Assembly: GCF_009914755.1 (NCBI RefSeq)
Contig: NC_060940.1
DNA from: the human T2T-CHM13v2.0 reference genome, Homo sapiens
Strand: one strand, 5' to 3'
DNA length: 64,000 bases
Shown here one piece after another: positions 14,538 through 34,334 of this stretch. The notes beneath the pieces are model-generated. The model had not been told where the DNA came from. It was given only the letters and a program-made list of their open reading frames with translations, and made no database searches. The position numbers and the translations under genes are program-made. Positions within the stretch are counted from its first letter, which is position 1, and each line of letters begins with the position of its first letter.

Positions 14538-14828
14538 TCACAAAGGGTATTTACAAAAAATACAGATTTCTGAGGTCTTGACTCCAGAGATTTACATTTT
14601 GTAGGTTTGGAGGGTGGCCTTATAATCTTTTAAAAATATAATCTACGCACATTAATTCTTTAGTTACACACGGATTTTTTTCACTCAAGTGAAGCATCAA
14701 ACTTTTCACATGAGTCTTCGACATTGAACTCTCTGTCTTGGAGTCATTTTTCTTCAATAGACCATAGTTCTCCAATGAGCATTCATATTCACTTTCATCT
14801 AGGTTGTTTGAGTGGCAGAAGTTGTTTA

Positions 14829-16235
<1,407 letters not shown>

Positions 16236-17379
16236 CACTGGAAATGTGATCCTTTGCTGCATATAACCATTCATGTGCTGTTATTTTATTTTTCTACTCA
16301 TTCTTTAAGAACACGTCTGTGAATGATTTCCACAGGGTAACTACTTAGTATTTTGTCCAACATTTTGTTAGGAAAATTTCAAACATACAGCAAACTGGGA
16401 GAATCTCACCAGGAGCACCTGCATCCCCTCTAACCTGGATTTCACCATTCACATTCTACTTTTTCTTTCCAAAGCAGTCTTTATAAGGCTTGTGTATACC
16501 AGCACTAACTCTTGCAAATGTGAGGTCACCTGCTTAGGAGTGACTATAAAGCTGGTGTTAAATTTATTTGGCTCTCTTTTCCCCCTACTAAGCGTAATTT
16601 TCATATAGTTAAAAAAAAAATCAACCGTAAGGGTATAGTCTGACAACGATATGCCTCCTTACAGCCAATGCCCAAATCAAGATACAGACCAGTTCCATCT
16701 CCCCAGAAAGTCCCAGGAATCTATTTTAATATGCTCCTCATGCAATTCTGATGAAAGGAACGAGGAGGAGATGCGGAATACATGTCCAGTTCCCTCGGCC
16801 AGAGGGAGAGTAAAGTTTGAGATTCAAGTGGCTTTCCAGTAGAGGTGCCATGTTCCCCCTAGCAATCATGGCTGCCCCTCTGCCGTCCTAGCCTTGGTCA
16901 TCCACGCACACGTGGAATCTGGCCTGCAGGCCTCCCCTCTAACCACAGGCTGTGAACACAAAGCAGGAAGAATAAGCAGGACCCACCTGAATGCTGAGTT
17001 CCAGGACAAGCTGCAGCTACCTGCTCCTTCCACACCCCTCCCCATGCCCGCATCCCCTGGCTGAAATCACTACTATTCCATCACTGCTTGGACGGACAAC
17101 CACTGTGGGCCACACACATGCTGCTGGGGGCTGCCGCTTGCAAGGGTTTCTCCAAAGTGGCTTCTTATCTGCTCCAGCCACATGACCTCAGGGCCCAGGG
17201 CAAGCCCGGCAGCCCTAGCCTTTGAAAGTCAAACTTGACTGTGTTCGCCAAGGCTGGTGACAGGCTCCAGAATCACTCCCACCTCCTGTTCCTTTTCTTT
17301 CTCTAGCGGAGCAGAGTCTTGGCTGCAAGGGAATGCAAGGAGGAAAAACGCAAATGGCTAAAACCTAATAAAACAGTAG

Positions 17380-18460
17380 TGATTTCATTGGTATAGAATA
17401 TAGTCCAAAAACAGACCTAAATAACTATATATGTAAATGACTGATATGTGAAAAGAGTAGGTTTTTTAAAAAAAATCAGTGGAAAAAGATAGATCATTCA
17501 ATAAATCTACTGGGAAAACTGGTTAGTAATTTGGAAAAATATAAACCTAAAATAATACCTATTTTTTTCCTTACACCCCATCCCTCCAAAAAAAATTCCA
17601 GGGAAGCAAAATATTTAAGCAAAAACAAACACACAAGAAAAACACTAAGCATACAATTATTAGTAGGAAACTGAAATATTTTGTTTTTATGTATAAAATC
17701 TTAAAGTAGGGGCAGAACCTTCTAAGAATAAAACCGGTGTCTTTTACTACAAGGAAATTTAAAGGTTTTGCGTTGAAAAAAAAAACATTAAGCAAGGCAA
17801 AAGGCAAATGAAAAGTGGAAGAAAAATAGTAACACAGATGCCAAAAAACAGGCTAATACCCTTTACCTCTAAGGAGAGATTATAAATCAGTAAGAAAAAG
17901 ACAACTATCAATAGAAAGATGGATAAAGGACATGAAAAGGCAGTTTACTAAAAACGTGCAAAAAGTTCAGAAACATGGAAAGACTCAGAACCTCCCTTAT
18001 CCTTCATATAAATAAGAATTTAAACAGGGAGCAATTTTTTCATCCATTGACAATGATTGAAAAGACTGCTAACACACAGAATTGGTGAAAGTGTGGAGAA
18101 ACAGGCATTCTCACACGTTTTTGGAGGGAGTTAAAACTGGTACAACTGTTTTGGGGGCAATTTGGCACTATCTATTAAAATATAAGATGTGTATTATTTG
18201 GATCCAGAAATTCCAAATCCAGGACTCTGTATTATGGTTGATTTGCATATATATGCAAAGCGATTGTGTAAGAATGCTTCTTGTGACACTGACGTAATAG
18301 ATAAAAGCATCAATAGGAACAGCTGTTAAAAAGAATGGAGTAAAATTATATTGCTGATATGGAAAGAGGTACAAAATATGTCATTGGGTGAAAAAGACAG
18401 CAAGTTGTCAAGCAGTCTGCCTCATATGATTCCTTTATGTGAGAAATAAAAAGATAATAC
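17380..18460 (+). mobile_element. Degraded L1ME-type fragment
   Basis: A-rich with tcattcaataaat...gggaaaactggttag, gaaacaggcattctcacac...ttaaaactggtacaac. Confidence 0.6.
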
Positions 18461-18587
18461 TATATGTGTGGCTGGGCGTCGTGGCACATGCCTGTAATCC
18501 TGGCACTTTGGGAGGCTGAGGTGGGTGGATTGTTTCAGCCCAGGAGTTTGAGACCAGCCTGGGCAACATGGCAAAACCCTGTCTCTA

Positions 18588-18752
<165 letters not shown>

Positions 18753-18838
18753 TTAAATATATATATACGCATGTATATGGGTAGAATCTCTGTGAGATTA
18801 CACAAAAAATGATGGTATTTATAGAGGGACTAGAGTGA

Positions 18839-19033
<195 letters not shown>

Positions 19034-21721
19034 TAGTAGAGTCAGGGTTTCACTATGTTGGCCAGACTGGTCTCGAACTCCTGACCTCGTGATCCGCCTG
19101 CCTCGGCCTCCTAAAATGCTGGGATTACAGTCATGAGCCACCGTGCCCGGCTGGAAACAATTCTTTTTTGCACGTTCGTCTTAACTATTTAAATTTTTAT
19201 GAACTATATTAATATGTAATTATTATGATAGAAAAAATCTACTCTAATTTTATTCAACTATCCTATCCATTCCCTGAACAAACAGAATACTGCAGAATGT
19301 GATAAAACTTTGACATCAATCCTAACGAAATGCCATTAGAGAGTATTAATTAATGTCGATTAGAATGAGAGTTTCTAGGCCAGGACGGTGGCTCACACCT
19401 GTAATCCCAGCACTTTGGGAGGCTGAGGTGTGCAGATCACTTGAGGCCAGGAGCTCGAGACTAGCCTGGGCCACAGAGCAAGAACCCCATCTCTACAAAA
19501 TATTAAAAAATAATTTAAAAAAATGCAAGTGTCTAGGACACAGTGGATTTGAAACAGTCCAGGAAAAATCTCCTTCCCAGCCCTTTCAGCAGGTACCGCT
19601 TCCTGTATCTAGAACATTCCAGGGGAATCCTCCTGAAGGCCTTGGGATCTTGGCTGCATGCAAGGCTCAAAGCCAGGTAGCTGCCTACAAACTCTGCTCT
19701 CATCATGGCTGCCTGGCTCTGCACTAAAGTTCATGAGTCACCTTGGTCCCCTGCCTTATCAGGTCACGTCCCACTCTGTTGCACCTGGCAGGTTCTCCCT
19801 TAACACGGGTCTAGACTCATGACATCTAGTCTGGGACATTCTTTATACTCTTATCCTGAAGGAGAAGATACTTAGGTGGGACCAGCAATTAGAACTCCAG
19901 GATTCATTTATTTCTATAAGGGAACTTCGATGTCAGTCTTCAATGTCTTTAAATGTGCACCAACATACTACACACGTTTCATTCATGACACATCTATCTT
20001 CCTCCATTTTCCCAAGTCAGACCAGCCACTGCCGTAGAGAAGGTCTGATGTGGAAGGCCCTAGGTCTTACTGCTGAGATGGGCTTTTCCTGGCTATGAGG
20101 TAGCAACATGCCATCGGCTGATTGGCTGGGATCAGCTCCAACCCACTCAGGGTGCAAGGTGAACTCACCTTTGTGGGTGAGATCAAGAGTGGTGGAGGAA
20201 GTAAGAGTTTCCCACTCCTTTTTCCATTCTTCCCACTAAAGACCCTTCTTAAACCTGTTTGTTGAGCACACCTGTGTCACCCACATGTACTTCCTTGTTT
20301 TCTAAACAAGAGAAACCTAGATAGAAGGAGCATTTAAAATTCCCTTACTTTCCCCGGGAAGGTCACCTCTGCTAGCAAGACACTCCAGAGGTAACAGCAA
20401 TCCTGGATCAGGCTGCTTAGGGAGTCACAGCCATGCTGGCTGGAAGGCGAGGTGCTGGCCTGAGGCTCTGTCTGCCTATGGGATACTGTCTGGCAGTGCA
20501 GCCAGGGCCTCGCCTGCCCTATTTCACCTGGACAGGACTTGCATCTTGGAAAGGAGAAGCAGCAGCCACCTCCTAGGGGTCCCCTCTTCCTCTCCTGGTG
20601 TCTGCTGGAGCACTGATGGACATGGCACATTGCAACCCCATGGCAAGTTTTTTTAGGAAGGAGGTGAGGATCTACAAAGTTACCTTGTCCTGGACAGCCC
20701 CTCCTTAGGCATGCAAGGACAAAGGGACAAGAACCTTAGCTTAGCAGCTGCCTTTCCTGACCTAGCAACTCCTCTTCCATGTGTGATGGTACAGATGAAA
20801 TCCCTCTACAGGGATCATCGTTATCCAAGTGTTCTTTATCTGAGTTCCTGAAGAAAGTTGCAAATGACAGGAGAATTGCTTGTCCACTCCCCTGGACACC
20901 CACTACGCTGCCGCTGCAGCTGAGCCACACACCAGTGACCTCCGGGCAAGTCAGACCAGCCTCCAGGACACCAGGCCCCCGAGGGAGCATGCTGGGAGCC
21001 ACAAATCATTATTATTTCAGGTTTCCCATGTATTTGGGGTGTTTTGCAGGCCCTAATGCTCATAAAGGAAGTATTCTCTAGACTGGCTAAACTAAAATTG
21101 TCTAAATTAAAGACTTTGGGATACAACTGCAGCAACCAGGCATTTCCTAAGCGCCTGTGATGGCAGGTAAAGCTTTTCAAGCCAACACATCATCCCAGCT
21201 TACACTCTGACCCACACTCCCTCACCCCATGAAAGGGCAGCTGCCAGGAAGCTGGAGTGATCCGCTGATTGATCAGTAACTGAGCGTGCAGGGAGTCAAT
21301 GACACGTCAGAGGAAGGCATGCCTGCTCCCCCCAGGAAATCCCCATCACATGAGTATACTCATTGCCTCACGTCATCCTAGAAGACAAGTTTATGAAGTC
21401 TAGAAAGCAAACAGCTTCCGCCTAAGGATCCTTCTCCTTCTGTCTTCAGAGGCCTGACTTCAGCCCAGTCAGAAGGATCAGAGGTGACCTTGGATGGTAC
21501 CTCATCCCTCCTAGATCTGAAAGAAATGTATTTGGTACCCCTCGGCTTAATCTCATGTCTAAGATTTGTCCCTAATGAGTATGCATTGAAAATACTGGGC
21601 ACTTGGAGACCCATATTGCAGGATCTCTCTGAAATACAGGTTCCTACATCTACTCCACCCACTTTAAGAGTTCAAGTAGAAATCTATGGGGCGGGGTGGG
21701 AGGAGGGAGAGCATCAGGAAA

Positions 21722-21870
21722 GACAGAGAATGGATGCTGGGCTTAACATCTAGGTGATGGGATGACCTGGGCAGCAAACCACCATGGCACACGTTTACCT
21801 GTGTAACAAACCTGCACATCCTGCACGTGTACCCCTAAAGTTAAAATAAAAGTTGGAAGGGAAAAAAAGT
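21722..21870 (+). mobile_element. Short L1PA 3' terminal fragment
   Basis: taggtgatggg...gcagcaaaccaccatggcacacgtttacctgtgtaacaaacctgcacatcctgcac. Confidence 0.75.
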
Positions 21871-21965
21871 CTATGGAAAAATACTTTGAAAAATGTAGAT
21901 AGGGTCGGGCGCGGTGGTTCATGCCTGTAATCCCAGCACTTTGGGAAGCCAAGGCGAGCAGATCA

Positions 21966-22226
<261 letters not shown>

Positions 22227-22350
22227 TCACTATATACACTTAAGGTGTGTTACTATTAGCTCTACAGGGATCATCGTTATCCAACTGTTCTTTATCTGCG
22301 TTCCTGAAGATTCAAGTTGCAAAAGACAGCAAAAATCATGTAGATATTTA

Positions 22351-23129
<779 letters not shown>

Positions 23130-23970
23130 TTATTTGCTCAACTAAAAATCAGTGCAACACTGCGAACTTTAAGTCCTTTTCAGTTTCTTTTTTAAAGATA
23201 ATCAATTTCCCTCTCCCAACCCCTTGTCCTATGTCTATGAAATATTGGTCTTCATTTAGAATAGAGTAACTTTTTTTCAAGATGGAGTCTCACTCTGTCA
23301 CCTAGGCTGGAGTGCAGTGGCACGATCTTGGCTCACTGCAACCTCCGCCTCCCTGGTTCAAGAATTTTCCTGCTTCAGCCTCCCGATTAACTGGGACTAC
23401 AGGTGCATGCCATCACACCCAGCTAATTTTTGTATTTTTAGTAGAGATGGGGTTTCACCATATTGGTCAGGCTGGTCTTGAACTCCTGACCTTGTGATCC
23501 ACCCACCTCAGCATCCCAAAGTTCTGGGATTACAGGCATGAGCCACTGCACCCGGCCTAGAGTAGAATAACTTAAAAAAGTGGCCTTTTATTAGGATTCA
23601 AGGACTCTTCTACTTGGGTCTAAGGAACAACTGAATTTTTTATGGCACCTTGTCTCCAACCAGCAAAAGTCATTATGGTTGTTTCCAGAAGACCTTGCCT
23701 GGCACAAGAGAAAGCAACCATGAAACCAAGCTGATCTGTCCTTTTCCCTGTTTGGGGGCAACACAGGATCATGGAAGCTGGATTTATTCAGTCCAGCGAG
23801 GTGCTCCTTATTCCTCCACAACAGGGTCCCAAAGTGTAGGCCTTGATCAAACTGACTTTAAAATTTGAGGTCTTTCTTTGATCTTTGTGAGTAAACGATG
23901 CCATTTCATAGATTTCTGTTATTACCTAAGACTAGGGGCTATGTACAAGTACCTAAGTGGGTTATTATAA

Positions 23971-24327
<357 letters not shown>

Positions 24328-24919
24328 TAAAAACTCTAATTCCATTTCTCATTAGGTAATCTGAACATCATTCAATGCTAAGCAACACTGGAAAGGTCCT
24401 ACTGGGCACAAGAGAACAAAGAGAACTAGAATTCTACTCCCCCTCTTAAAGGAGAAATTACAACTAATTTACTTAGGTAATTTTCAAGCAAGTTTATTGC
24501 AGGTTGCATGGTTCACTCTAAGTATATAATGACATACTTTCATGAATGAAATTGGTGGCTACTAGTTTTACTGTAACAGGATTTTAAAAATACTTTCTAT
24601 GCATCAGACTTCAAATATGTTAAAGCAAATCCCACCACCTTCAAATTTGCTTGCCTGGTATTGCTGTTTAAATACTTTGCAATATACCATCAAGGTAAGA
24701 AACTGAAGTTATTTGGATAATAGTGTTTTGGAGGCAGTGTTTCACAATATAAAGTACTGAGTTGGAAGTTCATATTTCTCAGTTATAAGCTTTATGAGTG
24801 TTGCTAGCATCAAGTTTGTTGTTCTCGAATTTTGTTGTTGTGGCTGAGCTCTTTTTCCATCAGAGAGAAAGAGCAGGTGGGGAAAGTGGTCATTAGAGTC
24901 TTCTGCCCACCTTACAATA

Positions 24920-25470
24920 CCATGTCACCCAGCAATCCAGTTACTGGGTATATACCCAGAGGAATATAAATCATTCCATCACAAAGACACATGTACATGT
25001 ATGTTCATTGCAGCACTGTTCACAACAGCAAAGACATGAAATCAACCCAAACGCCCATCAATGGTAGACTGGATAAAGAAAATGTGGTACATATACACCA
25101 TGGAATACTATACAGCCACAAAAAAGAACGAGATCATGTCCCTTGAGGGAATATGGATGGAGCTGGAAGCCATTATCCTTAGCAAACTAAGTCAGGAACA
25201 GAAACCAAATACCACATGTTCTCACTTATAAGTGGGAGCTAAATGATGAGAATTTATGGACACAAAGATGGAAACAACAGATACCTGAGGCCTCCACCCG
25301 AGGGTGCAGGATAGGAGGAGGGAGAGGAGCAGGAAACATAACTAATGGGTACTAGACTTAACACCTGGGTGACAAAATAATCTGTACTACAAACCCCCAT
25401 GACATGAGTTTACCTATTTAACAAACCTGCACATGTATTGCTGAACTTAGAAGTTTAAAAAAAAAAAAAG
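24920..25470 (+). mobile_element. L1PA/L1PB 3' end (5'-truncated)
   Basis: cccagcaatcc...ggataaagaaaatgtggtacatatacaccatggaatacta...atgttctcacttataagtgggagcta, ending in poly(A). Confidence 0.88.
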
Positions 25471-25859
25471 AATAGGAGCAATTAGAGAAGATTGAGAACC
25501 ACTGTTCTGAGTCTATGTGCTTTAGAGAATTTTGCATGAAAAGACACCAGAAAGAGTAAACAGGACTAGAAACCCAGGCAACCTGGGACATACCTATGAG
25601 TGTCACCCAGGTACTTATAGCTACACGAGGACTGGGGGGGTCTTAACCCTGAGAGCAATGTGGGTCTTGATTGAGATTTTCTATGGTTAACTTCACTTCT
25701 AACCCCTGAAGGAGACTCATGGGACGGGTAGACTGTAAGAGCCTGCTAAGGGAGAGGTTTTGCTAACTCTCTCCGGCTGCAAAGAACCGAGGACAAAGGC
25801 AGAAATGAGTGACTTGCTTGATGGTTCTCCATCCTTTCCATCAACTCCCAACCTTTTAA

Positions 25860-26217
<358 letters not shown>

Positions 26218-26736
26218 TAATATTTCCTTTTCAATTATGCACGTACCTCAGTTTTCCAAGCAACTCATTCATCCACTTATTCAAACATTTATTTATTCAT
26301 TCATTCATTTTTTTGAGACAGGGTCTCACTCTGCTGCCCAGACTGGAGTACAAATGGTGCAGTCACGGCTCACTGCAGCCTTGACCTCCTGGGCTCAAGC
26401 AATCTCCCAAATAGCTGGGACTACAGACACATGACCACGCCTGGCTATGTTGGAAAATTTTTTTGTAGACCTAAGGTCTCACTATGCTGCCCAGGCTGGC
26501 CTTGAACTCCTGGTCTCAAGCTCTCTTTCTGCCTTGGCCTCCCAAAGTGCTGTGATTACAGGTATGAGCCCATACCCAGAGCATTCAAATATTTATTAGT
26601 ACCTATTGGTATGTACCAGTGGTGCCTGTGTGTGCTAGAGAAATCCAGGTGAACTAGACAAGTCCAGTCCTTGGGGAGTTTACAGATTAGTAGACAAAAC
26701 AATAGGGAAGACAAGAGCCACAGTGGAAATATGTTA

Positions 26737-27033
<297 letters not shown>

Positions 27034-27740
27034 TCAATAAAAAAAAAAAAAAGTTATGAATGCTGTAAGATAGGTTCAGGTAAAGAGCTATGAGAGTCTG
27101 AGTGAAGGGGAAAAAAGCAGATATAGGTGAGGAGGTAAGGAGAATCTCTGTGGAAGAAAGAGGATTCAAGCTGGACTTAAGGGATATGGCAATAGGGAGC
27201 CATTGAATACTTAGGAGCCCTGCCATAACATGATCAAGTTCTCTTCAGAAAGGTTCAGAGACAATGGGGAACAGAGGAAGACCTGCCCAAGAGACTGCGA
27301 CAATAGTGAGTGTAGCGAGGCTCTAGCCAAACTAGGGCAGAAGTGAGGGGAATGTTCCAGAAGGAAAACTAAGGGGGGGGGCTCCTGAAGATCAACAGGT
27401 GGTCCAAGCCATTGGCTCTTCTTGCTCCAGTTACTCCCCATTTTCTCCCTCTGCCTATGGATTCTCTAGGACAGAGTAGCCAATGGAAACGATTACTGTG
27501 AAGAGTAAGAAAAACATCAATAATACCCCAGACATAATACTGAGTGAAAGCAGCCATCAACAGAGTGCATGATGCCCATATAAACATGAGGGATTCACAA
27601 AACTATCCTATGGGGATAGAGATTAGAACAGTGGCTGCCTCTGGGAGGCGCTGTTGCCTGGGAGGAGGCAGGAGCCTGTGCTAGGTGCTGGAAGAGTTCT
27701 AGGTCTCGATCTGGGTGGTGGCAACAGAGATGTTTACCTA

Positions 27741-28103
<363 letters not shown>

Positions 28104-28149
28104 CTAACAATGGAGACTGAGAAGTCACAACCGGGGTCTGGGTGGTGTG

Positions 28150-28560
28150 TGAGCCACAATCTGTGAATATGTTACCTGACTTTTCAAAAGGGACTCTGCA
28201 GATGTCATTAAGTGAAAGATCTTGAGATGAGATTATCCTGGATCATCTAGGTGGGTCCAGTGTGACCCCGAGTGTACTTCTAAGTGGAAGATGGATGTAG
28301 GAGCATCAGTCGTAGGAGGAGACGCAGCAACAGAGGCAGAGGCTGGCATGATGAGATTGCTGGCTGGGCCAAGAGCCAAGGAATGCAGGCAGCCTCCAGT
28401 AGCTGGAAAAGGCAGGAAAAAAGAATCTCCCCTAGAGCATCCAGAAAGAATGCTTCCCTGCAGATTCATTTTTTACTTTGGAACTGTAAGAGAGTAAATG
28501 TGTGTTGCTTTAAGCCACCGAGTTTGTGATAATTTGCCAGAGAAGCAATCAAAAATGAAT
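28150..28560 (+). mobile_element. MLT1D-like LTR
   Basis: tgtgaatatgttacc...gagattatcctggatcatctaggtgggtcc...agccaaggaatgcaggcagcctccagtagctggaaaaggcagg...gtgttgctttaagccac. Confidence 0.75.
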
Positions 28561-29658
28561 TCAGGTGGAAAACTAAAAGGGTATGGCATCCAGCAGCCAG
28601 GTGAAGAAAGTGTACTGGAGGGGAGGAAGGGTGATCAATGGTGTCACCAGTTGCTGCCAGGCCATGCAAGGTAAGGTGAGCACTGACCACCGGGTGGAGG
28701 AAGGCGAAGGTCCTGGTAACGCCAGCAAGGGCTGTTTCTGTGATGTGGTGGGTTTCAGAGCGCATGGGATGCTTATCACCTGTCTAAATAAATGAAGACT
28801 ACATACAGACCAATGAGGAGCATGTGTCATAAGAAAAAAAATAAGCGAAGATGATGAATGCTGTTGCCGAAGCATCAGTCTGGGTTATTTCCCGGGAATA
28901 CTTCCAAAGACAATTACTCTCATGTATTTCTAGGAATCCTGTTTGTTTCTTTTTATTTCCTCCAGAGAATCCTAATTTTTGACCCTCTTCCCAATTCTGG
29001 GTCTCAAAGCCTCTTTATTCACTGAATTGTGGGGTGACACCAGAGAGCACTCCTGGAGCTTGTGCTGACCCTGGGGTGGCCATGGAACTGCAGTGACCTG
29101 GGCCCTGGATGCCCCACCAGCTGGCCCTAGCTTCGTCCTCCAGGTGAGACTCGACTGGCACCACAGCAGGCCAGAGTGTAGAAGCCCCTGCAGGTGGTAG
29201 AGGGCAGTGACTGTTGATTGCTCAGGCAGGCTCCCCTGGGATGCCCCCTTAGAGGCCAAGTGATCTCAACCCCTCCAGTAAGTCGACTTCTCGGCTCTAC
29301 TCTGCTCAGAAGGTGGCGGCAGTTCAGCAAATTCCCCAAGCATCAGTTTTTCTCAGACCGGCTTTCCAAGATGGGCTGAGCTCAAGATGTTCCCGGTCCT
29401 GGGTAGGGTGGAAACTCCAAGTCTTTCTGCACTTAGATCTCCTCCTTATTGTCCCTCCCCATTTAATTATTCAAGCCCTTAAGCTCTGAATGGCCAGAGC
29501 CCAAAGTCTTACAGACCCATGTGTGGCTGAATCTGTGGACTTCTCAGCCATGCTGAGACAGACAAGCCCTGTGGAATTAAAACATGGCATCGAGACCTTC
29601 ACACATCAAGGTTACCCCAACACTAGTGGCTGACGAGTCAGGCTTGCCTTCTCCCTAA

Positions 29659-30148
<490 letters not shown>

Positions 30149-31275
30149 TAAAAGCTTTGATTTTACTGTTATTATCGCCAAGCATGAGTACATGGAAAAA
30201 TAAAGTGGGTCAATTTAAAGATAAATATTACATTATGACAGTTCAAGTGGTACACCAAATTGGTAAAAGGCGAAAGACTTATACAATCTGAAGAGTAACC
30301 AGAGTATAGTACACCAAACTGGGGGGAAAAAAACCTGGGGTGGTGATTCATGGATGCCCAGAGTCTGGGAAACACAGTAATATAGCCTGGGAAGGAGGTT
30401 TAGACCTAAAGTCCTTTCCTTGTCTATTTCTTTTGTGAAAAATGCCGGTCGCAGCTCAATAAGTGGACTTCATACTCTGCTAACATGTGGCTGCACCTGG
30501 CAGAGCACTGCTCTCGCCTGAGCTTGGGGTGAGGCTCTTGACCCCACCGCCCTGAGCTCCTTCCCTGCTCAGCCACGGCTCTGTCACTCGCTCAAGGTGG
30601 GCAGCTTGGCTTCACCATGTCCAAGGCCGTGGCAGGCAGCATGTTGGCTCAAACAAGTTGGACTTGTTTTGTGAATGTGCCTTCGTGTGAGTGTGAATGT
30701 GTGTACCTACAGAGGGTGCAGCAAAGTGGGGTGCAGGGGGAACAAACGGGTCCAGGCCTTCTCCCTGGGGGAAGGGCCAGGATGCTCCCATCCAAGGGCT
30801 AAACCAGCAGGACAGGGCCCTAGGAGGGGCACCATTCAGAAACGAGCCCCAAACAACAGAGCTGGTTCATGGCACTCCCCTTCCCCAGCAAAAGCCTCCT
30901 GCTCCTCCAGAGACAGGGGGCTCTAACCACAAGGGTGTCAGCATCCCTGGTCCAGCAGGAGAGGAGGGAAGTGCAAAAGGCAGCTTGAGGCTTGCTAGAA
31001 GGGCTTAGCTAGGGAGAAGAACAGAAATTGTCTCCAGCCAGGCATCTCTTTGAAAGGATATCCCACCCCCAGATTTCTCCTTTGACAACCTCTCCCACAA
31101 GTTTTTTGTTTGTTTGTTTGTTTTTGAGACAGGGTCTTGCTCTGTCACCCAGGCTGGAGAGTACAGTGGTGTGATCTGGCTCACTGCAACTTCCGCCTCC
31201 TGGGCTCCAGTGATCCTCTCACCTCAGCCTCCTGAGTAGCTGGGACTGCAGGCACGAGCCACCACACCCAGCTAA

Positions 31276-31416
<141 letters not shown>

Positions 31417-31708
31417 TAAAGACAACCCTGTACTAGTTCTTAGGTTAGAACTCTGAAGGCAGAAGCTGGCAGCCCAGTGGAGGGCTGGGCTAGTGTGACC
31501 ATTGTCAAGTTTGGGCTATGCGTCTGCAGATGCATTGTTTTGAGTTTTGTTCCACATGCTCAGGTTGGGGCCCAGAAGTAAGGATGTCTGCAGCATGGCC
31601 CGCCCTCGGGCTCTTAGGCAACAGATGAGCATACAGGTCAGAAGCACATGTGAGACTGGGTCCCTGGGTCCCTCTCTAAGCATCAGACAAGGCAAACCAT
31701 GGTGCTAG

Positions 31709-32302
<594 letters not shown>

Positions 32303-33420
32303 TGATCCACCCGCCTTACCCTCCCAAATTCCTGGGATTACAGGTATGAGCCACCGTGCCTGGCCTCCTGCACTCAGTTTTTCTTATATCTTCTTCTAAA
32401 CCCTTCAGCATGAGCCGACACCAAACACCAACCTCTCAGATTAAACTGGGCCCTCACCACACAATGCTGAGTCCCAGCATATTGTCTAGAGACTCTCCCG
32501 AATTCATCCCCCTTCCCCCCATGGTCACAGCCACTGCAGTGGCAGCCATGCAGCAGCATCCTGCCTGATCTCCTCACACCCACTTAGGCTGTCTCTGTTC
32601 CTCCTTGAAACTGCAGCCAGCGTCCTCTTCTAAAGATGCAAATCTGACCATGAACCCTGCCTGAACCTCTTCCCTGGCTTCCTTTTTTTTTTTTTTTTAA
32701 GATGGAGTCTTGCTCTATTGCCCAGGCTGAAGTGCAGTGGCGTGATCTTGGCTCACTGCAACCTCCACCTCCCGGGCTCACCTGGCTTCCCATTTTTGTT
32801 AGAGTCAAGTCCCAAATCCTGACCACAGCCTACGAAGCCCCGTGTGATGTGGCCCCGGCCGACTTTTGGCCTCCCCCCACATCCCTGTCTTTGCCCATCA
32901 GCCTCTGGCCACGTTGGTTTTATTTGCAGTCTTTTACTATGTCAAGCTCTTCCTGCCAGAGCCTTCACACGTGCTGTTCCCTTTGCCCAAAATATTCTTC
33001 CTGCTACATGCCACCTGGCTAAGCCCAGCCTATCAATCAGCTCTCAGTGTCAATGTCGCTTTCTCAAGAAGGCTCTCTATGCTCCTCCCCTCTAGATCCG
33101 TACTCTGATACACCATTAATTAAGCAACTATCATGTGATCTGTGTGTTCCCTCTCCTTCCCCATTATCCCATTAGCTCCATGAAGACAGGAACCGAATTG
33201 GTTTTGTTCATTGATATCTCCCCACACCCAGCACAGTGCTGTCAACCCATTAAGGAACCAGTTCCATGACTGAATAAATGATGGAGAAATTAGGCAGGAT
33301 GACCCAATGAAAAGCCACCTGAAACAGTGGGTGCTAAGTCCTTTCAACCAAAGATCTAAGAGTAGTTGCTGGGCTCATCTTGAAAGCAAGAGTTAGAAGC
33401 AGGGGACAATTGTTGGTTTT

Positions 33421-34194
33421 CAGGAGTCCCCCTTATCCACGGTTTCACTTTCCATGGTTTCAGTAACCCACGGTCAACCTGGGTCCAAAAACATAATTAA
33501 ATGGAAAATTCCAGAAATAATTTATAAGTTTTAAATTACTTTTCAATAGTAGCCAATGCCACATCACCACACCTGTCATTCACCTCACTCCAACCCATCA
33601 TGTAGGCATCTTATTATCTTTTTTTTTTTGAGGTGAGCTCTCACTCTGTTGCTCAGGCTGGAGTGCAGTGGCATGATCATGGCTCACTGCAGCCTCCACC
33701 TCTCAGGTGATCCTCCCACCTTAGCCTCCCAAGTAGCTAGAATTATAGCCACATGCCACCACACCCGGCTAATTTTGGTATTTTTTGTAGACACAAGGTC
33801 TCCCTATGTTGCCCAGGCTGGTCTTGAACTCCTGGGCTCGAGCGATCCTCTTACCTCGGCCTCCCAAAGTGCTAGGATTACAGATGTCAGCCACTTTGCC
33901 TGGCCTCATGTTATCATCTTACATTATCACAAGAAGAGTGAGTACAGTACTATAAGATGTTTTGAGAGAAAGGGACCACATACAAATAGCTCTTATTACA
34001 GTATATTGTTGTAACTATTCTATTATTGTTGTTGTTAATCTCTTCCTATTGTTCTTAATTTATAAATTTAACTTTATCATAGATATGCATATATGGGAAA
34101 AAACATAGCATATATAGGATTCGGTACTATCTGTGGTTTTAAGGATCCACTGAGGGTCTTGAAATGTATCCCCTTGGACAAGGGGGAACTACTG
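33421..34194 (+). mobile_element. MER44/Tigger7-type DNA transposon with inserted Alu (33618-33905)
   Basis: Terminal inverted repeats caggagtcccccttatcc / ggacaagggggaactactg followed by TA. Confidence 0.75.
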
Positions 34195-34334
34195 TATATC
34201 TAAGCATGATGGCCCCATACCAGTCCCAGAGCCAGGCCTGGGGAACATCAAGAGAGTCGCTTTGCCTCTGGCCTGAGCCTACCTGGAATCCTGTGGACTA
34301 GGTCTGTCTCCTCCACCCGAAGACTTTTGGGATG

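Noticed and set aside
20684-20712. ATG followed by AAG|GTAACT donor on the FA2H strand
   Set aside because: 29 coding nt (phase 2), out of frame with exon 2, with no supporting promoter features.
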